Positions 47,958-54,299 of a stretch of 64,000 nucleotides of DNA are shown here, piece after piece (the stretch's first letter is position 1; the number at the start of each line of letters is the position of its first letter). The notes beneath the pieces were generated by a model. That model saw only the letters and a program-made list of their open reading frames with translations. It was not told the DNA's origin and did not search any database. Origin of the DNA: an uncultured Gammaproteobacteria bacterium (GTDB lineage Bacteria > Patescibacteriota > Patescibacteriia > Patescibacteriales > WJLG01); assembly GCA_964395625.1 (NCBI GenBank), contig CAYNAR010000001.1:64019-128018 (forward strand). Direction: 5' to 3'. The translations under genes were made by a program, and so were the position numbers.

Positions 47958-48019
47958 ATACATCTTCTGTCGCTTCGGTGGCAGAATGCGGGGTTGCAGA
48001 AATGCAACCCTTGCTTTTT
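47958..48019 (+). ncRNA. Structured leader/short RNA ending in a terminator 12 nt before the NYN start codon
   Basis: Hairpin TTCTGTCGC-TTCG-GTGGCAGAA (47965-86); GGGTTGCA-GAAA-TGCAACCC plus TTGCTTTTT (47991-48019). Confidence 0.5.
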
Positions 48020-48030
48020 AAATACGATAT

Positions 48031-48723
48031 ATGCGAGCATGCGTTTATGTTGACGGCTTCAATCTTTTTTACGGAAGCTTGAAAGGGGGTAAATATAAAT
48101 GGCTTGATATCGATAAACTTGTAAAGAATTATTTTCCTTCGTACTCAATAGAAAAAATAAAATATTTTTCCGCTCCGACTAAGGCGCGAAAAAACGATCT
48201 TAATAAACCTGTCCGGCAACAGATGTATTTTAGGGCATTAAGAACAAACCCGAACACAGAAATAATCCTCGGATCGTTTTTGGAAAATGAGGTTTGTTTT
48301 TTTGTTCCATCAAAAACTAAAAATGGCACACAGCAAAAAGCAAAAGTTTCTGTGTTAAAGAACGAAATGAGCTTGCCTTTGGTTGATCCGAATTATTTGA
48401 TAGTCAAAAAAACGGAGGAAAAAGGGTCAGACGTAAATTTAGGAGCTCATTTGGTTATGGATGCGTATGAAAAAAGATTTGACGTAGCTATTGTTGTTTC
48501 CAATGATTCAGATTTAGTTGAGCCAATTAGAATAGTTAACAATATGAACAATCTAAGAGTCAGGTTGTTAAATCCCTACCCTACAACACAAGAAAAGTTA
48601 AAGAAGGTCACGGCGAACACTGGAATAAAATACATAAGACAAAGCGTGCTACAAATTTCTCAATTCCCAGAGAACATGAAAGATATTGTTGGTTGTTTTC
48701 ATATACCGCAAAATTGGAAGTAA
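48031..48723 (+). CDS. NYN (LabA/DUF88-like) domain protein, putative RNase
   Basis: ACVYVDGFNLFYG; EKGSDVNLGAHLVMDA; DVAIVVSNDSDLVEPI. Confidence 0.75.
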   Translation: MRACVYVDGFNLFYGSLKGGKYKWLDIDKLVKNYFPSYSIEKIKYFSAPTKARKNDLNKPVRQQMYFRALRTNPNTEIILGSFLENEVCFFVPSKTKNGTQQKAKVSVLKNEMSLPLVDPNYLIVKKTEEKGSDVNLGAHLVMDAYEKRFDVAIVVSNDSDLVEPIRIVNNMNNLRVRLLNPYPTTQEKLKKVTANTGIKYIRQSVLQISQFPENMKDIVGCFHIPQNWK

Positions 48724-48753
48724 AGAGTAATATGAAATAATGGGTCTTTGTAG

Positions 48754-48990
48754 AAACAAGCCTCTTGGGGTTTGTTTTTGGTTTCTAGAGGGACACAAAG
48801 CATGTCACCCCGAGCGTAGCCGAGGGATCATAATAATTCTTACTCCTTATTATCCTGAAAAATAGGCGGTCTTAAGGCTGTTTTGGGGCTCTAGTTGTTA
48901 TTGCGAGGCCGGTATTTCCGGCCGTGGCAATCCAGTATTAAAATCACCTAAAAACACTTGCAAATTATATTTTTTCGTGGTATATTATGA
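48754..48990 (+). repeat. R1 repeat copy 6 (T1, part B with two small insertions, promoter; T2 and right end absent)
   Basis: AAACAAGCCTCTTGGGGTTTGTTTTTGGTTTCTAGAGGG ... TATTATCCTGAAAAATAGGCGG ... CTTGCAAATTATATTTTTTCGTGGTATATT. Confidence 0.85.
48958..48986 (+). promoter_or_regulatory. R1 promoter copy driving the methyltransferase-rSAM-peptide operon
   Basis: TTGCAA-17-TGgTATATT; no T2 hairpin before ATG 49051. Confidence 0.6.
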
Positions 48991-49050
48991 CTTCCTCAAA
49001 ATCGTTATAAAATAAAATTTATTTTTTGATAGTATGTTAATGCGAGACTT

Positions 49051-49521
49051 ATGAATAATTTTTTAGAAGAATTTATAAAGGAAAAATATGGATCAAACGT
49101 TGGCTCGGCTTTGGATTTTGGCGCCGGTAAAGGTGTTGATGTTCGCGAGCTACAAAAAATAGGCTGGGATGTCAAAGGCCTTGATCTTCCCAGTAATGAT
49201 CTTAACTTTCCTTATAAGACCGATAAACAAGTTGATTTTATTTATTCCATAGCAGTAATCCAGTTTATCAAAGATAAGGAAGTTTTTGTTAGAAATATTA
49301 TCGACAATCTTAAGGATGATGGTTGGTTTTTTATTTTAACCTTTTCTAAGAATGATGTTTTCTTTGGTGAGAAAGGCGGTATGTCAAAAGAAGATTTAGA
49401 AGGTCTTTTTAAAGAATTTAAAAATGTAAAAACCGAAAACAAAGATTTTTTCGATAATGACATAGGGCATAATCATTGGCATAAATTACTTATAGTAACA
49501 GGACAAAAAAGGGGGGAGTGA
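49051..49521 (+). CDS. Class I SAM-dependent methyltransferase
   Basis: ALDFGAGKGVDVRELQKIGWDVKGLDL; DFIYSIAVIQFI; LKDDGWFFILTF. Confidence 0.7.
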   Translation: MNNFLEEFIKEKYGSNVGSALDFGAGKGVDVRELQKIGWDVKGLDLPSNDLNFPYKTDKQVDFIYSIAVIQFIKDKEVFVRNIIDNLKDDGWFFILTFSKNDVFFGEKGGMSKEDLEGLFKEFKNVKTENKDFFDNDIGHNHWHKLLIVTGQKRGE

Positions 49522-50270
49522 TGAGTAGATTTTATTTGCAAATGCACATTACAAATAAGTGTAATAATCGATGCTCGCATTGTTATCAGTCTGACTATGG
49601 CGGAGAAGATATGAGTGTCGATTCGGCAAAGTTGATTTTTAAAGAGCTTTCTTCGATTTGTAAAAAAGTTTCAGTAAGGTCGGAAGTTTCAATTACTGGA
49701 GGTAGTCCCGTATTGGCGGATGGTTTTATTGAAATAGTCGAGACAGCCAGGGAGCTTTGCGATGTCGTAAGGATTCTTGGCAATCCAGAAGGATTGAGTG
49801 ATGAAATAGTTTTGTTTTTAAAAAAGGTCGGAGTGGATGGTTTTCAACTGTCCCTTGATGGCTCAAGACAGACCCACGATTCTTTAAGAAGTAGCGGTAG
49901 TTTTGACAGGACTATAAGTGCTATGAAGAAGCTATCGTCGGAAGGAATTTTAGTTTTTGTTAATTCTACTTTATCTGATAATAATCGCCACGAAATAAGT
50001 CTTATTAATGAAATCGCAGAAGCTAATGGCGCCAGTCATGTTTCTTTTGAAGAGTATGTTCCGTATGGTTTGGATTGTTCCGGAAAATGTAATTGTAGTT
50101 TGGGCTCCGCCACAATGGCCATTTTGCCGGATCTTACAATTATGGCTTGTCGAAGGACTCCGTCTAGTATTCTTGGAAAATGGACCAAGGAGCGTGGATT
50201 ATTTTATCATTTAGCCAAAAATGAAAAAATGATAGAGTATAGGAGAAGGAAGGCGTTGAAAAATGCATAA
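49518..50270 (+). CDS. Radical SAM enzyme with short C-terminal Cys-rich (twitch/partial SPASM-like) region
   Basis: Overlaps upstream stop (GTGATG); CNNRCSHC = CX3CX2C; ITGGSPVL; LSLDG; C-terminal CSGKCNCSLGSATMAILPDLTIMAC. Confidence 0.8.
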   Translation: MMSRFYLQMHITNKCNNRCSHCYQSDYGGEDMSVDSAKLIFKELSSICKKVSVRSEVSITGGSPVLADGFIEIVETARELCDVVRILGNPEGLSDEIVLFLKKVGVDGFQLSLDGSRQTHDSLRSSGSFDRTISAMKKLSSEGILVFVNSTLSDNNRHEISLINEIAEANGASHVSFEEYVPYGLDCSGKCNCSLGSATMAILPDLTIMACRRTPSSILGKWTKERGLFYHLAKNEKMIEYRRRKALKNA

Positions 50271-50306
50271 TATAATCAACCTTAAAAAAGAAAGGAGTAA
50301 GTGCCC

Positions 50307-50414
50307 ATGTCACAAGAGCTTGAACTTCAAAACTTGAAGCTGGCTGGCGTTTTTGATGAAGCTTGTACGCTTTGTATCAATGTCGGCACCGGTGGCGGAT
50401 CGGATAATGATTAA
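50307..50414 (+). CDS. Candidate RiPP precursor peptide (35 aa), not in ORF track
   Basis: RBS AGGAG; MSQELELQNLKLAGVFDEACTLCINVGTGGGSDND; 36 nt after the rSAM stop; terminator follows. Confidence 0.6.
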   Translation: MSQELELQNLKLAGVFDEACTLCINVGTGGGSDND

Positions 50415-50430
50415 TTATCATATCCTCCTG

Positions 50431-50459
50431 GACTACAACGTTCGTTGTAGTCCTTTTTA
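50431..50459 (+). terminator. Intrinsic terminator of RiPP operon 1
   Basis: GGACTACAAC-GTTC-GTTGTAGTCC plus T5. Confidence 0.85.
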
Positions 50460-50530
50460 TTTAGTGATTTAAAATATGGTTGTTGTGAGTAAGACAAAAC
50501 AGTGTTGAGACGGAATCGCTAAAAGTAAAG

Positions 50531-50801
50531 TTCTGATTCCAAAATGCCAAAAATAAGCCTCCTGTGAGCTGCACCCCGTTTAGTAGACACGAATAAAATA
50601 CTAGCGGTTCTCTAAAAGGGTTTAGAAGGGGTCTGGCAATTTGTATTATCCTGAAAAGTAGGCGGTTTTCAGGCCATTTTGTGGCCTTGAAAGCGCTTGC
50701 AAATTCTATTTTTTCGTGGTATATTATGGCTTAAATTAAAAATGGCAAATATTGCCAGTTTTTTGTTTAAAACCTTATAGCTAAAGACCTGGCCCCAAAA
50801 T
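50531..50801 (+). repeat. R1 repeat copy 7 (degenerate left part; part B, promoter, T2, right end)
   Basis: TATTATCCTGAAAAGTAGGCGGTTTTCAGGCC...CTTGCAAATTCTATTTTTTCGTGGTATATTATGGCTTAAATTAAAAATGGCAAATATTGCCAG...AGACCTGGCCCCAAAAT. Confidence 0.85.
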
Positions 50802-50825
50802 TTGAAAACACCCTGAGCAAACTAA

Positions 50826-50850
50826 AAACCAACCCGTTAAGGTTGGTTTT
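50826..50850. terminator. Bidirectional hairpin after the minus-strand HEPN pair
   Basis: AAACCAACC-CGTTAA-GGTTGGTTT. Confidence 0.65.
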
Positions 50851-50861
50851 TGACTAACTAA

Positions 50862-51218
50862 CTATTCAGTATCTTTGGATTTTATTATATTAGCATAATG
50901 CACCGTATTTCCGTTTACCTTTTCATTTTCTATAATCGATCCCGACTTAAATTGCATTAATTCTTGAATAAGGTGTTCGGTCTCGGGGTAAATAGCTATT
51001 CTGGCTATTTCACTAACTTCTTCAGGACTTAATGAGTCAATAATATTTTTGCGAATAATATTGAACACTTCTTCTCTGTTTTCATCATTTGCCCAGGGAG
51101 CACAAAAAACAATCGTCCATTTATCAACGAATTCATCCATTTTGAGTAAAGCAAAAATCGTAACTTCGCTTTTTTCCTCCTCAATTTTTTCTATTATTTC
51201 TTTAAATTTTTCTAACAT
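50862..51218 (-). CDS. Hypothetical acidic protein, downstream partner of the HEPN gene
   Basis: Overlaps the HEPN ORF by 7 nt; no nucleotidyltransferase motif seen. Confidence 0.55.
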   Translation of the reverse strand: MLEKFKEIIEKIEEEKSEVTIFALLKMDEFVDKWTIVFCAPWANDENREEVFNIIRKNIIDSLSPEEVSEIARIAIYPETEHLIQELMQFKSGSIIENEKVNGNTVHYANIIKSKDTE

Positions 51219-51667
51219 ATAATATTTTTCTCTATAAGTGGGATTATTCCATCTGGCTTTTTCGTGAGAAAAGTATATAAATTTTTTGTAATTTTTTCAT
51301 CGAACTGAGTAAGCGTATCATACCTAATGTCAGTCCATCTTCCTATTTTTGAGTATTCTTGTGTGAAACCCGACCAACTACTAGCGCCTTCTCCGGACAG
51401 CTCAAATATTTCAGAAGCGCCGGAAATAGGGAGCAACAAATCAAAATCATGTGTCAAAAAATAACTAGTTATCTTTGGATTTTTAGTTTTTTTTATTTCT
51501 GGATAATTTTTTAAATTAAGCACTTTGCATGCCGATGCCTTCAATATGCATTCTAACACAAACCCCATTAGATATACAGCAACGCCCCATTCCTGATTGG
51601 ATATTAAAATATCGACCGTTTTAAGGCGATTTTTAGCTAAGGTAAGAAAATCATTGCAATTAGCCAT
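51212..51667 (-). CDS. HEPN-domain protein
   Basis: FLTLAKNRLKTVDILISNQEWGVAVYLMGFVLECILKA; THDFDLLL; C-terminal IRYD, matching classical HEPN helix layout. Confidence 0.55.
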   Translation of the reverse strand: MANCNDFLTLAKNRLKTVDILISNQEWGVAVYLMGFVLECILKASACKVLNLKNYPEIKKTKNPKITSYFLTHDFDLLLPISGASEIFELSGEGASSWSGFTQEYSKIGRWTDIRYDTLTQFDEKITKNLYTFLTKKPDGIIPLIEKNIIC

Positions 51668-51792
51668 AATAATTTTAAAATAGCATAAAAATATTATTAA
51701 GGCAAGTTTGCAGAAGTGACCATAAAAACAGATCTTTAACGATATTTACTTGGAAATATTTGTTTTTTTATGTTACGCTAAAGCTTAATATG

Positions 51793-52026
51793 AAAATATT
51801 TTCCAGTATTCTGTCCGCCGGCAAAGAGCTGGCCGACCCTCCTCGGCCTGCTTGATGCCAGTGGACAGAATTCTGCCAAAAACAGGCCTCGCAAGGGCTT
51901 GTTTTTGGTTTCTGGAAGGATTTAATCGTGGTTGTGGTGTTTGTATTATCCTGAAAAATAGGCGGTTTTAAGGCTATTTTGGGGTCTTGAAAGCACTTGC
52001 AATTTCTATTTTTTCGTGGTATAAAA
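51793..52026 (+). repeat. R1 repeat copy 8 (part A, T1, part B, promoter; T2 and right end absent)
   Basis: AAAATATTTTCCAGTATTCTGTCCGCCGGCAAAGAGCTGGCCGACCCTCCTCGGCC...CTTGCAATTTCTATTTTTTCGTGGTATAAA. Confidence 0.85.
51997..52025 (+). promoter_or_regulatory. R1 promoter copy (TTGCAA-17-TGgTATAAA) driving the rSAM-peptide-HExxH operon
   Basis: No T2 hairpin; RBS AGGAGG and GTG 52077 lie 50 nt downstream. Confidence 0.6.
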
Positions 52027-52076
52027 AATAGAAATGTTTTTTGATAGAGCACTTTAAATTTTTACAGGAGGTTTTT

Positions 52077-53384
52077 GTGATTTACAGAAGTTTAACAGCT
52101 CCAATATCTTGCCAAATTGAATTGACAACGGCTTGTCAGCTTAAGTGTGTTCATTGTTATAATCACTGGAGATGCTTAAGTTGCGACAACGATTTGTTTA
52201 TGACCGAAAAAGAGGCGGAGTTTGTCGCTAATCAGATTATTGATGCAAAGGTATTTCAGGTGACTCTAACCGGTGGAGAACCTTTGCTTAACCGCAAGGC
52301 ATTATTTCGTATTCTTGATTTACTGAAAGATGAAAGAATTGAAATCGGGTTAAATTCTAACTTGATTAGTCTGAGTGAGAAGGATGTTGATATTCTGCAT
52401 GCTGGAAATGTTAAATCCGTTTTAACTTCGTTTGCTTCATCTAGCGAAAGTGTGAATGATAGTATAATGAAGCTTGACGGGGCGCAAAAAAGAATAATCA
52501 AAGGGATCGAGTTGGTTGTGGAAACTGGTTTTAGTGTTGGTTGTAGCATGGTTGTCACCAAAATGAATCTTGATGATGTTGTTGAGACCGGATTATTCCT
52601 TCAGAGTCTTGGTGTGACTAATTTTTACGCCACAAAGGGTTCCCCACCGCTAAACTCCAAAGGTTTTGATAACTTTATGCTTTCCGGCGATGAATTGTTG
52701 AAGGTGATGGATGATTTGAGCTTATTAAAGGAAAGACACGGCCTTGAAGTTGGGATTTTGGAATGTTACCCGGTTTGTTTTTATTGTTTCCAGGAAAAAT
52801 ACCCTTTTACTGTCGGTAAGCGTTGTAGTGCTGGGTCGACGGCTTGTGCTATTGGTTCTGCTGGTGACGTTAGGGCTTGTACTCATTCAGACGTTATTTA
52901 CGGTAATATCTTTAAAGGAGGTTTAAAGGAAGCGTGGGGTGAAATGAGGGACTGGAGAGATGGGGCTAGGATTTCCTCGACTTGTAGAACGTGTGTTTAT
53001 TTTCCTGAATGTAGCGGTGGATGTAGAGTTGATGCTGAATTTTGCGGTGGTGCTAAGGATTCCATGGATCCTTATGCTGATAAAAATCAGATAGCAAGTG
53101 TCAGCTTGCTTAAAAAAGATGTATTGGTTGAATTTTCCGAAGAACAAAGATTTTTTGTAAAAAAAATAAAATTTAGAAAAGAGATTGACTCTGTTTTATG
53201 CGCAAGCCTTGATCGCGTGCATAGTCCGGTTTTGTTGACGGTGGATATGTTTGATTTTCTTGTTGAAATGAGTGAAAAGACCTTTACATTGTCGGAAATG
53301 TCAAGTATAATCAACTTGGATATTAATTCTTGTAAGGAATTGTGTTCATGTCTTTTTAAGGATGGATTGCTAAGTGTTCTTTAA
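52077..53384 (+). CDS. Radical SAM/SPASM-domain peptide maturase with C-terminal PqqD/RRE-like extension
   Basis: GTG 52077 with RBS AGGAGG (track TTG 52041 unlikely); CQLKCVHC; TGGEPLL; CSAGSTACAIGSAGDVRAC; CRTCVYFPECSGGC...C (CX2CX5CX3C). Confidence 0.85.
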   Translation: MIYRSLTAPISCQIELTTACQLKCVHCYNHWRCLSCDNDLFMTEKEAEFVANQIIDAKVFQVTLTGGEPLLNRKALFRILDLLKDERIEIGLNSNLISLSEKDVDILHAGNVKSVLTSFASSSESVNDSIMKLDGAQKRIIKGIELVVETGFSVGCSMVVTKMNLDDVVETGLFLQSLGVTNFYATKGSPPLNSKGFDNFMLSGDELLKVMDDLSLLKERHGLEVGILECYPVCFYCFQEKYPFTVGKRCSAGSTACAIGSAGDVRACTHSDVIYGNIFKGGLKEAWGEMRDWRDGARISSTCRTCVYFPECSGGCRVDAEFCGGAKDSMDPYADKNQIASVSLLKKDVLVEFSEEQRFFVKKIKFRKEIDSVLCASLDRVHSPVLLTVDMFDFLVEMSEKTFTLSEMSSIINLDINSCKELCSCLFKDGLLSVL

Positions 53385-53403
53385 AAAGAAAGGAGGTAAT
53401 TGC

Positions 53404-53544
53404 ATGAAAGAGAAGAAGAGCTTCGGATACGTTTCTTTGTTGCTCGATACATCTGTCGAGAATAAAAAAGACGATTCTAAAGCAGCTGTTTCGATGTCTT
53501 GTTACTGCAATTGTAATAGTTGCAATTGTTATGTGACAAAGTAA
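53404..53544 (+). CDS. Candidate Cys-rich RiPP precursor peptide (46 aa), not in ORF track
   Basis: RBS GGAGG; MKEKKSFGYVSLLLDTSVENKKDDSKAAVSMSCYCNCNSCNCYVTK; starts 19 nt after the rSAM stop. Confidence 0.7.
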   Translation: MKEKKSFGYVSLLLDTSVENKKDDSKAAVSMSCYCNCNSCNCYVTK

Positions 53545-53559
53545 AGTTTCTTGTTTTAT

Positions 53560-53578
53560 GGGCATCAATTTGATGCCC
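53560..53578 (+). other. Perfect stem-loop between precursor ORF and HExxH gene
   Basis: GGGCATCA-ATT-TGATGCCC; no clean T run. Confidence 0.6.
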
Positions 53579-53588
53579 TATTATATTT

Positions 53589-54299
53589 ATGCTAAAAAAG
53601 ATAGGTTTAAAATTTGTTTCAAATAAAAATAACGATGTGGAGGAATTTTTTCGTCTCTGGCATGGGCACGAAAATCTTAGAGTTGGCTTAATGGATTTTG
53701 TAAATAACAATTCGAACAATATCATACACCCCGATATTGCCCCGTCGAAAGATATTTTGGCTTTGGCTGTGAAAAGTAGATACGAGATGGATGAGAAAAA
53801 GATCGTTAAAACGTTATTTTTTGCGGAGAACAAATGGTGCGAAATAGAACCGTTATTTTATGATTTAGTCGGCAAGATATTTAAGAAGGATTTTTCCTTT
53901 GATAAAATAATAAAGGTCTATGTTTCAGTGCTTCCGTTTTTTGTAAGAAATTTGGATGAAGGGCGTGTCTCTATTCCGTATAACACAAGCAATGAAAACG
54001 AGCCAGTTTTTGTTTTAGCTCATGAGCTCTTGCATGTTATTTTCTATTCTTACATTCATGATAATTATGAAGAATTAAGAGAAAGTCTTTCTAGTAAGAA
54101 GGTTTGGGATTTTTCTGAAGCTATAAACGTCGTTATACAGGGGCAGGTTGAGTGGGTGAATATTTTTAAAATAGAGCCCAGCTTTTATCCCGAGCACGAA
54201 GCGTTGTACTTAGCACTGAATAAAAAGTGGGAAAAAGATAAAGACATAGATTCTTTGATAAGGGATTTTTTGGTTAATGTGGCAGAACGGCAAAATTAA
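53589..54299 (+). CDS. Putative HExxH zinc metallopeptidase
   Basis: VFVLAHELLHVIFYSY; same operon as rSAM and precursor. Confidence 0.5.
   Translation: MLKKIGLKFVSNKNNDVEEFFRLWHGHENLRVGLMDFVNNNSNNIIHPDIAPSKDILALAVKSRYEMDEKKIVKTLFFAENKWCEIEPLFYDLVGKIFKKDFSFDKIIKVYVSVLPFFVRNLDEGRVSIPYNTSNENEPVFVLAHELLHVIFYSYIHDNYEELRESLSSKKVWDFSEAINVVIQGQVEWVNIFKIEPSFYPEHEALYLALNKKWEKDKDIDSLIRDFLVNVAERQN

Noticed and set aside
52041-52076. Track start (TTG 52041) for the SPASM rSAM, and similar upstream-extended starts (18476, 19189, 17351, 43398, 33513-34652, 62589, 29199)
   Set aside because: Downstream ATG or GTG codons have proper Shine-Dalgarno spacing and give N-termini matching the family (MraZ, RsmH, signal peptides). 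The extensions overlap promoters, terminators or neighbouring genes.
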